Shown here one piece after another: positions 20,574 to 30,390 of a stretch of DNA of 64,000 nt. The stretch lies in the IMG/VR virus record IMGVR_UViG_3300028563_000016, positions 1-64,000 of that record. One strand, given 5' to 3'. Made by a program: the position numbers and the translations under genes. The stretch comes from a virus. Each line of letters starts with the position of its first letter. The first letter of the stretch is position 1. The notes beneath the pieces are model-generated. The model did not search any database, was not told the DNA's origin, and was given only the letters and a program-made list of their open reading frames with translations.

Positions 20574-21530
20574 TCACATTGACGAGTGAATTACACTCTC
20601 AAACAATTCAACGTATTTTTTTGCAACGTTCTTTATCGATACATCAACGTGTGAACCCAAAGACTTGACGTCAGGTAATTGTTTTATCTGCTTCACGTTT
20701 AGTGTGGGTGGTAAATCCCAATCAAAGTACCCGTGTTCAAGTTCATTCTCTTCTTGCAAGACTATCCCAAAGTCTTTGACAATTTCTTTAGTGCCGCCTG
20801 AAGATGCACATATCACAGGAGTTTCTTGAGACAACGCATGAATTACAGTGTTAGGGCAGTGATCACACCACGCACTATGAATAAAATACGTCGACATCGC
20901 ATAGACTTCAAGACACACGTCAAGCGATTGACAACCCGCATAAAAAATTCCTGTGTCAGCGCGTAATAAGTCGTAGTTTTGTTGATTGTCGACAGTGCCA
21001 AGAACTATCAAACAACTCTTCTTGTCGGGCGACAAGCTTCGCAGGTGTTTGAACAGCTCAACATTTTCTCGCAATCGCTTTTGTGTGTGCCACATTGCCG
21101 AGCAAGAGTACACTATGTCATGTTCTTGACGAATTCTCTCTAACCCTGTGAACTTGTGTTCACGTATTGGCGTTGCGTCAGTGCCATTGTGAATGACGAC
21201 GCTTTGCTTTGGCTCGCCAAACAGCTTCGTGATGACTCCTTTATCAAACTCGCTCTGAAACACGACTGCGTCTGCGAGAACGTACGTTTGTTTTATGTTC
21301 CTGTTTTTCTGTTCAAAGTCTTTTTGCGACGACCATATGCCGTCGAGTCGATGTACAACTTTGTCACACAGCTTTTCTCCCGTTCTCTCAATGAACACCA
21401 AGCTCACGTCTGCGTTGCTGTCAAAGACGACTTCGTGTCCTATCTCAAAGAAAGCCTTTGCGAGACAAGTTCCAAAACAGTTTGGACCGCTTGAACTGCT
21501 CAAGTCGATATTATTCAGCTGAATTCGCAT
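20574..21530 (-). CDS. Glycosyltransferase, GT-B/GT4-like
   Basis: HRLDG, VVFQSEF, IHNG and DHCPNTVIHAL..PVIC..SGGTKE. Confidence 0.9.
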   Translation of the reverse strand: MRIQLNNIDLSSSSGPNCFGTCLAKAFFEIGHEVVFDSNADVSLVFIERTGEKLCDKVVHRLDGIWSSQKDFEQKNRNIKQTYVLADAVVFQSEFDKGVITKLFGEPKQSVVIHNGTDATPIREHKFTGLERIRQEHDIVYSCSAMWHTQKRLRENVELFKHLRSLSPDKKSCLIVLGTVDNQQNYDLLRADTGIFYAGCQSLDVCLEVYAMSTYFIHSAWCDHCPNTVIHALSQETPVICASSGGTKEIVKDFGIVLQEENELEHGYFDWDLPPTLNVKQIKQLPDVKSLGSHVDVSIKNVAKKYVELFESVIHSSM

Positions 21531-21698
21531 ATTCGCTCCAACATGCTAAAACTAACCATCTATTAAGATTGTCGCGAACACGTAACACGTAATAACACCC
21601 AGTAAAATGCGCATCATACTCTGAAAAATCTTGCATCCAATTTGACGTGTCACTTCTTTAACAATAATAATTTGACTGTGTTTTTTGACACCTTCATA

Positions 21699-22304
21699 TT
21701 ACAACCCATGAATTTGTGAAGGATCATCATCTGGCTTGATCGCGAGTAACAACTTTTTATTCGCAACGTTTCTTGGAATCACTCCCGCGTTGTTCGTCTC
21801 GTCAATGTGACACTCTTTTGACGCACTAACCCAATCAAAACTCTCACAATAGTGAGTAAAATATTTCCACGTGTGTTCAAAGCCAGCACCGAGTGCCCAC
21901 GCCATCGAGTGTATTGCTAATTGCGCGTTTGCAGGAAACTTGTTCCAATTGATGAATGCGTTTGAAATGTATTTCTCGTTCGCCTGAAGTCTCTGCATCA
22001 CGATATTGTCGATGCTTGCATCAGTCAACATCAACGTTGCGACTTTTTCTGCGGCTTTGTGACCGCCTTTTGCGAGACTTTTGTTTTCTTTTATCTTATT
22101 CCATTCAACAACAATTTCATCCTTTGTTGCAGGTAACTTCGTGTCTCGATGTATCCATGGCAATTTCAACGCGCGTTCTACGGGATCGATGAGTACACCG
22201 ACCGCACACGTTATGAGCTGCTTTACGTCAGCGTACATCACATAAATTCGCCCTTCAAGCTTTGTGGAAAATGAAGGAAAAATGTCTATGACTGATTTAT
22301 ACAT
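21699..22304 (-). CDS. Lysozyme-like endolysin (GH24/T4-lysozyme-like)
   Basis: LEG....MYAD...LIT.AVG.L, P.NAQLA..SMAW.LG, W..A..E and RN..N. Confidence 0.7.
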   Translation of the reverse strand: MYKSVIDIFPSFSTKLEGRIYVMYADVKQLITCAVGVLIDPVERALKLPWIHRDTKLPATKDEIVVEWNKIKENKSLAKGGHKAAEKVATLMLTDASIDNIVMQRLQANEKYISNAFINWNKFPANAQLAIHSMAWALGAGFEHTWKYFTHYCESFDWVSASKECHIDETNNAGVIPRNVANKKLLLAIKPDDDPSQIHGL

Positions 22305-22675
22305 TATCGCCTTTTCACAAATTTGATTATGTCATCAGCAAAGTCTGTTCCATTCAAAAGCATTGCCATGAGAGCGAGTTCTTTGGACGGAATGTTTTCC
22401 ATCTTTGCTTTCTTTTCAAAAATGTTTGGATCAAGTTCTTCCTTACCATTTATCTTCAAAGATCCGTAATAACATTGAGCGATATAATTTGCGCTTTCGT
22501 TGTCAAGCTTCACGTTAGATTGCTTCAATACGTCAGTCAAACAATTAAATATAACGGTGTAAATCTCAACACACGTTGCTTTGTTTAGGCTCCTACCATC
22601 CAAAAACATTGACAATCTTTCACCTAACAACAAACTAAACACGTCGTTGAACGTCTTCTTTTCACTTTGTGTCAT
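22304..22675 (-). CDS. Hypothetical protein (paralog of 23222..23632)
   Basis: Shares the KTF..V.S..L.E, CL.D and GT.F...RR pattern. Confidence 0.55.
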   Translation of the reverse strand: MTQSEKKTFNDVFSLLLGERLSMFLDGRSLNKATCVEIYTVIFNCLTDVLKQSNVKLDNESANYIAQCYYGSLKINGKEELDPNIFEKKAKMENIPSKELALMAMLLNGTDFADDIIKFVKRR

Positions 22676-23219
22676 TTTCCTGTTTCCTTTTTAACGTAAG
22701 CTTCGTTGCAGCGGTTTGAACTGCTTGTTTTTGACACTCATCAATCCATGAGTTACCCGAACTAATGCCTAATGCGGTCAGGCCCGTTCCAACGCCTGTC
22801 GTTATCAACGCGCCGATCATCACGCCCTTATTGACTTCCTTTTCAGTGACAGCAAAGCCAGACAGACCAGTGCCAATGCCGGCAGCCGCGATTCCTGCCG
22901 AAGTGCCGAAAATGTGCAACGTGTCAAGCGTGTTACAATGTTCCTGTGAGACAGCGGCGGTTGCAGCTTGTGGGTTCGCAGTGGGTGACACGTCAAAGTG
23001 ACTAACGCATCCCATCGCCAACATCGTCGCCAGGAGAGAAATTTTCTTTGCAAGTGGTAGAGCCCATTCAGGTATTGTCATTTTATTTTTCTCACAAAGT
23101 TGTAATGCGAGTGCACGTGAGTGTTCTGCGTTCTGTGGGAGATCTATGTCACAAAAGTACGCGTAGTCTTTTTGCAGATTTTCAAGCTGATTTTCTATAC
23201 CCGTAGTGTGAAGAGGCAT
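22662..23219 (-). CDS. Membrane protein with Gly/Ala-rich helices
   Basis: LLATMLAMGC segment plus two Gly-rich hydrophobic helices. Confidence 0.55.
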   Translation of the reverse strand: MPLHTTGIENQLENLQKDYAYFCDIDLPQNAEHSRALALQLCEKNKMTIPEWALPLAKKISLLATMLAMGCVSHFDVSPTANPQAATAAVSQEHCNTLDTLHIFGTSAGIAAAGIGTGLSGFAVTEKEVNKGVMIGALITTGVGTGLTALGISSGNSWIDECQKQAVQTAATKLTLKRKQENDTK

Positions 23220-23221
23220 TG

Positions 23222-23632
23222 TTAATTCTCCAACATTCTTCGTTGATGTTCAGCCAATAGCTTCTCACAAAACGGCGTTCCTTCAAACATTTCGGACAAT
23301 GACACCACATCGCTGGCGCTAATCTGATTTAGTTCAACATCGTTCGTCACTATTAAGTCAACGATCTTAGTGTCAGGTGTCAGTTGAACATTTTTGAATA
23401 CCTCATTTACTACCCATTGTGCGCCTGCTACAGAAATTGACGTTGCATACACGCTGTCACGTAGGCACTCCATGAACACGTTTGCGATTAAGTCTCTAAC
23501 TTCGTGCAGGTACTCAACGTCGACTTCTTTGTTATAAAGCTCCGACAATTTCACCGAGAGAACGTTTTCAAATGTTTTTGCAAAAGTCATGATGTCAATA
23601 TTTCCATATAAGATTGTATACATTCGTCCCAA
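23222..23632 (-). CDS. Hypothetical protein (paralog of 22304..22675)
   Basis: Similar to its paralog; likely start at MTFAKTF. Confidence 0.55.
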   Translation of the reverse strand: MGRMYTILYGNIDIMTFAKTFENVLSVKLSELYNKEVDVEYLHEVRDLIANVFMECLRDSVYATSISVAGAQWVVNEVFKNVQLTPDTKIVDLIVTNDVELNQISASDVVSLSEMFEGTPFCEKLLAEHQRRMLEN

Positions 23633-24516
23633 TCTTGTATTCGATAATCGTTCTGCACGTACTTTTTTCTCAACAAAATCTTCTCAAGCTGCTTCACATT
23701 GTCGTACAAGTGTTTTTCGTCTCCTGCGAACTCGACTGCGCCACCACCATCTGACAACGCGTACGATGGTACCCCACAACTGATACTTTCTAAAAGCGTG
23801 TTAGGACCTGGGTCTCGACGACTCGCAAAAACATAGACATCGTGTTTTGATAATTCACGTCCAAGTGGCTCACCACACAAAGGTTCAACGTGAACGCTGT
23901 TCTTAAGCTGAGCTTTTGTCCTACCGACGAACGTGAACTCAAAGTCGTCGTGCTTTCCGACAAACTCATCGAGCCACACAAACACGTCCTCGCCCTTCAA
24001 TGGGTTATCAGACCACGAGTGTGCGACGACGTAAGTCTTGTCTGACACTCGAGACAATTTGTTGTTGTGATCCTTGAAAATCCCTTTGTCACACCCATTG
24101 ATTATCACGTGTGTACTCGGGTGTCTCAGGTGAACAAACTTGTGGTTGGCAAAGTAGCTGCACATCCATTCAGAGACGTACACGACGTGCATGCTGTTCT
24201 GCACGACGAATGCTATCTCACCGTCAACGTTGTTCGTGTTCTTGCGAGCATCGCAATCGTTGACACGGGTGATTATCTTTAACTTCTTGAGACGACCATG
24301 AGGCGAGATTGCGTAGTTTATGATTTGTGTTGCTGACGGCAAGCCACTGTCACTACCCATGCCTGCGATCAGTACGGTATCAGCGTCGTCAATGCGATCA
24401 ACAATTTTGTCACCGAGACGTTCATAAATGGCATTCACCCACCTGACGCCTCCACCCCATGGGCCATGATAGGGCCGACGATTTACGTATAACTTCATGA
24501 CACTAATATAATACAC
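23587..24516 (-). CDS. Glycosyltransferase, GT-B/GT4-like
   Basis: GPWGGG, HSWSDNPLKG and FASRRDPGPNTLLESISCGVP. Confidence 0.85.
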   Translation of the reverse strand: MYYISVMKLYVNRRPYHGPWGGGVRWVNAIYERLGDKIVDRIDDADTVLIAGMGSDSGLPSATQIINYAISPHGRLKKLKIITRVNDCDARKNTNNVDGEIAFVVQNSMHVVYVSEWMCSYFANHKFVHLRHPSTHVIINGCDKGIFKDHNNKLSRVSDKTYVVAHSWSDNPLKGEDVFVWLDEFVGKHDDFEFTFVGRTKAQLKNSVHVEPLCGEPLGRELSKHDVYVFASRRDPGPNTLLESISCGVPSYALSDGGGAVEFAGDEKHLYDNVKQLEKILLRKKYVQNDYRIQDWDECIQSYMEILTS

Positions 24517-25464
24517 TCACGCGACGAGTTTTTCTTTCACCCACTCAGGGCACCAACGAGAGTCCCAACTCACGGTGTTCAGCATATGTTCCCGAGGCAC
24601 TTCTAACAAATCACGTTTGAACAACGTCAGCGGCCTGTGGTTCCATAACGCCTTGTGCTCAACATTGATATAGTTCTTGTTTTCGTAGAAGCACCTGTTG
24701 ACGTGGCGCTGCACTTGCGTGCCCTTGACGACGTTGTCTTGTTCACCAAGTCGAGCCACGTTGTACTCGGTGAAGTGACCGCAAAAGTTGGGTTGCGTGA
24801 ACGACGACGCGTGCATGACGACCTTGGGATCATTCTTCGACAGGAGCTCCTGAACGAACTGCACGGGCTTTCGCATGTGCTCCATGACTTCGCTAATGAA
24901 GTACACGTCAGCGGGAGGAATTTCGTCGCGGGAGCACACCTCAATGTCTTCACCCTCAAAAAAGCGAGACGCAAGCTTTGTCTGTAAGGTGGCGGACGCA
25001 CAGTTCTGATAGACTACCTTTGCCTTCAGCCCGAGCTTCTTGAACAAGTGAGCGATGTGCAAAGTCGACAGGCCGATGCCCGCACCGAAGTCGACGACTG
25101 TCTCGACGTCGTTGAACACGTTATTAGACAGCTTTTGCGCAGTCTCGAACAGGCTCTCGAAGCGTTGCACGTACGCTCGAGACCAATAGATATAAGTGTT
25201 GAAGCAACCGAGCGTGAAAAGAGGATCAGAATACAACTCTGCTTCTGCTTTTTCGTCCTTTGACGATGAATTCCAACGTTCAAGCAGAAAGTTTCCACAC
25301 TTCCAATCGTTCGTTATTTTGCTCCCGTCGAACGACGTCCACTCGTAGACCCATGACAGTGGCCTCTCTAAGATTTCTGCAAATACGGGAGCGTATTCAA
25401 GAAATATTTCAGTGCTGTTGTGCTTGTCAGATAAGTTCATATCAATAGATAAATCTATCGGCAC
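24517..25464 (-). CDS. Class I SAM-dependent methyltransferase
   Basis: VVDFGAGIG; SEVMEH. Confidence 0.8.
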   Translation of the reverse strand: MPIDLSIDMNLSDKHNSTEIFLEYAPVFAEILERPLSWVYEWTSFDGSKITNDWKCGNFLLERWNSSSKDEKAEAELYSDPLFTLGCFNTYIYWSRAYVQRFESLFETAQKLSNNVFNDVETVVDFGAGIGLSTLHIAHLFKKLGLKAKVVYQNCASATLQTKLASRFFEGEDIEVCSRDEIPPADVYFISEVMEHMRKPVQFVQELLSKNDPKVVMHASSFTQPNFCGHFTEYNVARLGEQDNVVKGTQVQRHVNRCFYENKNYINVEHKALWNHRPLTLFKRDLLEVPREHMLNTVSWDSRWCPEWVKEKLVA

Positions 25465-25665
25465 AAAGCGTTACATTCTGTGCTGTGAATTATTCACGTT
25501 CTTCGACAGGATGTTCGTACTTTGCGTCAAAGAACATGTCATCGAGCCAGCTCGGAATTTCTTCACTTTCCATAGTTCAAGTTTACCACAAATTGTGAAA
25601 ATTTACACATTTAATAAATTTTTTGAGAAAGTGTATAAATAACGAAATTGTGTTATACTCTATTC

Positions 25666-26355
25666 ATGGCAATGATCAAAAATGCAAAGTCTCTCGAAGA
25701 AAAACCCTCAAAGAAAGCTTCTAAGAAAGAAGAAGTTGAGATTGCGCAGCTAAGCGAGCTCGCAAAGCTCGACGCGCTCATCAAGACTTTGTCTACAATG
25801 AAAGCAAATGTCGAGCAAAGCGTCAAAGAAACAGCTTTCAAAAAGTTCATTGAAGACGCAAAGATTTCTCACAAGAAGGTAGACAGCTTTCGCGGCGTTG
25901 ACGGTGACACGAGCGCTTCAGTTGAAATTCGAAAGCGCACGTCAGCTGCAAAGTTGAGCAAAGACGAAATAACATACCTGACTTCAAAAAACATTCCCGT
26001 TGAAACAGTCATTGAAGTACAGAAATTGTATTCTATCAATCCAAAATATGCAAGCGATGACGTGCTCATGGAAAAAATAGAAATTGCATTGGAAACAGCA
26101 CTTGAAGGAATAGTCGACACGTCAGATTTTTTTGTAGTTCAAGAAGAACGCAGCAAGGTTGTTGTCGGTGACGAGACGATCACAAAAGCATTCGCTGGAG
26201 AAATTGATGAACAAGTAATTCGCATGACGACATGTCTTGCAATCAAACCAAAGTGTGACAACTTTGACCTTGTTGTCGCATTGAATTCAGTTTTGGAATC
26301 TTGTGAGAGCGTCGAAGAAAAAGTTGAAACTGAAGAGACTGCGAAGGTTGCGTAA
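25666..26355 (+). CDS. Hypothetical protein (likely start MAMIK)
   Basis: Long ORF whose stop overlaps the ligase-like start; TGTTATACT directly upstream. Confidence 0.6.
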   Translation: MAMIKNAKSLEEKPSKKASKKEEVEIAQLSELAKLDALIKTLSTMKANVEQSVKETAFKKFIEDAKISHKKVDSFRGVDGDTSASVEIRKRTSAAKLSKDEITYLTSKNIPVETVIEVQKLYSINPKYASDDVLMEKIEIALETALEGIVDTSDFFVVQEERSKVVVGDETITKAFAGEIDEQVIRMTTCLAIKPKCDNFDLVVALNSVLESCESVEEKVETEETAKVA

Positions 26356-26963
26356 TGGAATACGATAAATTCACATATCTCTTTCCACCGAGACCAACCG
26401 CACAAATACCCAAAAATCTGTTGGGCTTTTACGAAAAACAAGGTTATCTTGCACAGGTGAAGAAGAATGGCACTTGCACAGTGATATTCGCTCGAGGACT
26501 TGATATTACTTTCATGACGCGACACAACGACTATCACAAGCAGTGGAGCGCACAGGACTTGCACAAACGACCGTTTCAGTCTTCAAGTTTGAAGTACAAT
26601 GTCTTTTGTGGTGAATTGATACACAACAAGACAAAGAACACAAAGAATCAATTATACATTTTTGACATCATTGTCAGAGATGGCACACAACTCGCTGGAA
26701 CTACGTTCGCAGAGCGGCAGGTGATGTTACACTCGATGTTTGGTGGAAAAGACGAGGGTGATCAGACGCGGGTGAACGAATTTGTGACAGTCGCAAACAG
26801 TTTCAACAAAAGGTTTGCTGACGTGTGGAATTCGTTGAGCGATGAAGACGAGGGAATTGTATTGAAGAAGTCAACGGGTAAACTTGAACCTTGCTTCAAC
26901 CAAAGCACAAATTGTGGATGGCAATGCAAGACGCGCAAAAGCACTAAGAACTATTCATTTTGA
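26355..26963 (+). CDS. ATP-dependent ligase/capping-type nucleotidyltransferase, adenylation domain only
   Basis: Motif I QVKKNG, III FCGEL, IIIa YIFDII, IV DEGIVLK and V CKTRK. Confidence 0.75.
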   Translation: MEYDKFTYLFPPRPTAQIPKNLLGFYEKQGYLAQVKKNGTCTVIFARGLDITFMTRHNDYHKQWSAQDLHKRPFQSSSLKYNVFCGELIHNKTKNTKNQLYIFDIIVRDGTQLAGTTFAERQVMLHSMFGGKDEGDQTRVNEFVTVANSFNKRFADVWNSLSDEDEGIVLKKSTGKLEPCFNQSTNCGWQCKTRKSTKNYSF

Positions 26964-26978
26964 TCACAAGATAACACG

Positions 26979-27009
26979 TTGTTGACACGTGAAACACGTG
27001 TGTCAATAA
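26979..27009. terminator. Imperfect hairpin between convergent genes (possible bidirectional terminator)
   Basis: TTGTTGACACGTG-AAA-CACGTGTGTCAATAA. Confidence 0.5.
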
Positions 27010-27013
27010 TGAT

Positions 27014-27799
27014 TCATTTTATCACGTCTTCCCAGCGCGCACCCTCACTCACGAAGCCACGTTTTGCGAGGAAATTGGCTTCTTCTTTCTGAAAACGTGC
27101 GTCTTCAGTGTGATAGACTTCGCCACCCTGTTCGTCTATCGTGTACGAGTATGTAACCATCGGCAAGTACCCTGAACATTTTGCTTTGTGTAGAACAGGT
27201 AAGTAAAGCGCTCTGTCTCCAGCGCGTCTGACAAGTTCACCGTTCATGTTCGTGAAGTTTTCGTATGGCACGTCGTTGATGAGCTTTTTGCGAAACGTTT
27301 TGAGGTGCGATGAGCGCCATTCAGATTTATAAGGATTTTTGTCAGTTAGCGAACCACTAATATTTCTACATGATCCCGTCCAACGATGAGCTGTCCAAAC
27401 ACAATCATAGCCACGTTGATACGATATGTCTAAAGCGAGCAGCGCGTCACTGTCACAAAGTGCATCGTCACCATCAATTCTACACACGATGTCTTCGTCG
27501 GAGCAAAAATTCTTTATCCCGTAGAGCACGTTCGAAGTCTCGTAACACTTGCCACGATCAATGTCTTCGTTCCAAACGGTGATAATCTTAATTTCTTCTT
27601 CTGGTAAAGTTAGAAGTCTGTGAAATCCTGCAATGATGTCGTCTTCTTTGTCTGCCTCTTCTTTACTCGAACAGTCATCAATTAATATGATTTTCCAATT
27701 CGTGTACGACTGACACGCTATTGAGTGAAGACAACGAGCGAGCGTTTTTGATGCATTGAAGATTGGACAAACGAAAATAAACTTTTCACGTTTCATCAT
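27014..27799 (-). CDS. Glycosyltransferase family 2
   Basis: PIFNA..L..CL.SI..QSY.NW.IILIDDCS; IDGDD. Confidence 0.9.
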   Translation of the reverse strand: MMKREKFIFVCPIFNASKTLARCLHSIACQSYTNWKIILIDDCSSKEEADKEDDIIAGFHRLLTLPEEEIKIITVWNEDIDRGKCYETSNVLYGIKNFCSDEDIVCRIDGDDALCDSDALLALDISYQRGYDCVWTAHRWTGSCRNISGSLTDKNPYKSEWRSSHLKTFRKKLINDVPYENFTNMNGELVRRAGDRALYLPVLHKAKCSGYLPMVTYSYTIDEQGGEVYHTEDARFQKEEANFLAKRGFVSEGARWEDVIK

Positions 27800-27957
27800 T
27801 TTTCCTTAATCACAACAATTTTTGAAGGCACGATCTTCGGTAATTGTTTCCAATCAATCATCCAAAACGGCCACCTTGCGACTAACTTCGCGCTTTCATC
27901 AACACCTTCCCAAAACTTACGATGTTCTTCTGTCGATGTATTTCTATAAATTGTCAC
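27796..27957 (-). CDS. Small ORF missing from the track (53 aa, MTIYRNTSTEEHRKFW...)
   Basis: GTG start overlaps the upstream stop; TGA overlaps the next ATG. Confidence 0.45.
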   Translation of the reverse strand: MTIYRNTSTEEHRKFWEGVDESAKLVARWPFWMIDWKQLPKIVPSKIVVIKEK

Positions 27958-28256
27958 GTTAACATCTCCTGCCCACGCATGTACTCTTCACACACGTCAA
28001 CGATCTTTGCTTGTGGCAATTCTTCAAGCATGTCACCAATGCCAATTTCTTCCATGCGTCGTTGCATGGCACAATCTTTGCACAAGTATTCGTTTGGACA
28101 TTGGTGATTGTGAGCACGCAAGACGTACATCGCATGTGCTTGGCGAAGCATGTTACTTGATGGACACTTTTCGCTCGTACACTTCAACGTGAAGACTTGT
28201 AACAAATCGCGCACCAGAGACACGGGATACTGTTTATACCGTTTGATGTCAAGCAT
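27954..28256 (-). CDS. Cys-rich hypothetical protein
   Basis: CxxxxC and CxxC motifs; likely start at MLDIK. Confidence 0.45.
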   Translation of the reverse strand: MLDIKRYKQYPVSLVRDLLQVFTLKCTSEKCPSSNMLRQAHAMYVLRAHNHQCPNEYLCKDCAMQRRMEEIGIGDMLEELPQAKIVDVCEEYMRGQEMLT

Positions 28257-28512
28257 GTGACAGTCTTTCTTTGACGGTTTCAAGCCAATCACACAAAATT
28301 TGTTTATCAATTTCAGAAGTAGTTTCTGACGTCATTATGACTGAATTCAAAACGTCAATATTGTTTGCAAGCGGTTGACGTTGCTTTACATATTTCTTTT
28401 TGCTCCCGTGAGCACGTCTGTACTTGCGATTTTCGTGAAAAGGACCACAAACGAATTCATTAAAGTCGTTGTCACAAATTTCTGACGCAGGGAGAATTTC
28501 AGGAGGATGCAT
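28249..28512 (-). CDS. Hypothetical protein
   Basis: Overlaps its neighbours in the minus-strand run. Confidence 0.45.
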   Translation of the reverse strand: MHPPEILPASEICDNDFNEFVCGPFHENRKYRRAHGSKKKYVKQRQPLANNIDVLNSVIMTSETTSEIDKQILCDWLETVKERLSHA

Positions 28513-28667
28513 TTATAATCCTGTTCCAACGTAAAATTTCATTTAATTCTTTTTCAGTTATTTCAAGTTCAAGTCGTCGCATTAATTCTTTTCCAACATC
28601 AGAACGCAAATAATCAATTTCTTGAAGAAGTTCATCATTTGTTAATTTTGTGAGATCGTTCATATGT

Positions 28668-29423
28668 TTACCAATCACACGCATCTCTAACAAGATCTTT
28701 TTTGATAGCTAAAACTTGACCATAATTTATATCTTCATCTGCTAACTGTCTCTCGTCTACAAAAATTCTCCTGTCAAGTCTGATAATTTCAGCTTCTTTA
28801 TATCCTTCTTTATCCCAATCAATCGTGTTGATAAAATCTGCGCATTTAATTCCTGGATCGTCTTTCGACGGGAGATGATAATCATCCATCAACACTGCGC
28901 TATTCACAAGCACCTTCGTTCCCTCCCAATCTGCCTTCGTGCCCTCGAACGAGTGATCAGCATCGATGTACGCAAAGTCGAACTTCTCACCCTTCTCAAT
29001 GAGCTGTGCCAAGACTGCTTGCGACGGGCCCTTGACAAAGGTGATGTTCTCAAACCACTCTTTCGGAAACACGTTCTGAAGCTGTTCAAAGAAGTTCTTG
29101 TCAGTTGCGATGTCCATCGTCAAGATTTTTCCCTTGACGCCCATGTCGTAGAACGCCTTTGCGACACAGAACGTAACGTAGCCGCGGCCCGTGCCGACCT
29201 CGAGGAACGACTTGAAACCATACTGCTTCACGAGGTAGTAAACGAGAATTCCTCGTTCATAATTGCTTCGATAATAACACCCAACAGATTTATAAAGAGG
29301 ATCACCGGGTGAACGAGTTCTCTTGGCTGTAAACTCCGCAATTTGATCGAAGTCGCCAAGACAAATGTCTTCAACATTAACGCAAAGTTCAGCGAGTTTA
29401 TCTTTAATGTGTACTATTTTCAT
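28668..29423 (-). CDS. SAM methyltransferase (Methyltransf_24-like)
   Basis: FLEVGTGRGY, FDFAYIDADHS.E....D and LMDDY. Confidence 0.9.
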   Translation of the reverse strand: MKIVHIKDKLAELCVNVEDICLGDFDQIAEFTAKRTRSPGDPLYKSVGCYYRSNYERGILVYYLVKQYGFKSFLEVGTGRGYVTFCVAKAFYDMGVKGKILTMDIATDKNFFEQLQNVFPKEWFENITFVKGPSQAVLAQLIEKGEKFDFAYIDADHSFEGTKADWEGTKVLVNSAVLMDDYHLPSKDDPGIKCADFINTIDWDKEGYKEAEIIRLDRRIFVDERQLADEDINYGQVLAIKKDLVRDACDW

Positions 29424-29941
29424 GTTTGCTCCAACAATTTCAAAATTTCATTGTCACACTCTTCAGAAATTTCATCCCATAGTGACTTATATTTTACGTT
29501 GTCCAACGTACGTACAGAACCATTTTTGTTCCAAGGTTTGTCAAGCAACACAATTTCAGCGAACGGCACAAATTCATTGTTTTCAATGTATCCGACGACA
29601 GCATCTTCGTTCGTTTCATTCTTATAAAATGACAAAATGCCAACGTATGTACCAATTTTTGGCCTCTCACTATCAAAATTTGGTCGATACAAACATGAAC
29701 ACTCAACTAACATCAACGTGTTGTCTGACACTTTTACAACAAAATCGGCGGGAGATTTTTTAGTTTCCCGACAGTACTCATTACATGCGTCTATTAGAAC
29801 CTCTGACAAGCACTCATACCACTCACGAATTGAACCACGAAACACGTATCCCGACGATATGATCGTTTCATTTGGTTCTCCCGTGTGTTTATCAACAAAA
29901 TTACCAGGCTGACACGAAAAATACATTTTCTTCATGTACAA
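29420..29941 (-). CDS. Stand-alone fragment resembling a gp23-type major capsid protein (A-domain/C-terminal part)
   Basis: PGNFVDKHTG, FRGSIREWYE.L.E.LID.CNE..R.T.K..ADFVV, YVGILS and VVGY..FVPF follow the gp23 motif order. Confidence 0.55.
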   Translation of the reverse strand: MYMKKMYFSCQPGNFVDKHTGEPNETIISSGYVFRGSIREWYECLSEVLIDACNEYCRETKKSPADFVVKVSDNTLMLVECSCLYRPNFDSERPKIGTYVGILSFYKNETNEDAVVGYIENNEFVPFAEIVLLDKPWNKNGSVRTLDNVKYKSLWDEISEECDNEILKLLEQT

Positions 29942-30084
29942 AATACTAATCTGTCGATGACAACGGGTACAAAATACGCATCAAAACGCCACTGTATACA
30001 TGATAAATCCCATTGCACACCAAATGCACACAAGAACTATCGCACCAATCAAAAATTGTTTATCGTCTTTTTTCGACAGGAACA

Positions 30085-30390
30085 TTAAATTAGCTCCTCC
30101 CTGCACTTCTTACAATTGTCGTTCGACCACAAGAAGTGTATCCACCCCAACGAAAACGTGCAGTGACAACCATCATAATACAGGTGATAAGAACCCCAAT
30201 GAAAATATTTCGTGATGCTGATCAAATAGTTCACTGAGTGATTATCATGCCATTTATTGCCATGCTTTGACTTATGCTGGTGAATGAAACCCGCATAAAA
30301 TTTCCCGATTTGAAACGTCCACCTGAACGCTAACGGGTAATATTCACCTATGCGAGTTTCAGGGACTTCTTTAGATTTCCAGAATATCAT
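30085..30390 (-). CDS. Hypothetical protein (aromatic/His-rich)
   Basis: 101-aa ORF overlapping the upstream stop. Confidence 0.5.
   Translation of the reverse strand: MIFWKSKEVPETRIGEYYPLAFRWTFQIGKFYAGFIHQHKSKHGNKWHDNHSVNYLISITKYFHWGSYHLYYDGCHCTFSLGWIHFLWSNDNCKKCREELI

Noticed and set aside
24627-25448. Overlapping and antisense ORFs here and throughout the track
   Set aside because: They are shadows of real genes with no motifs or RBS, and are enriched in GC-rich patches
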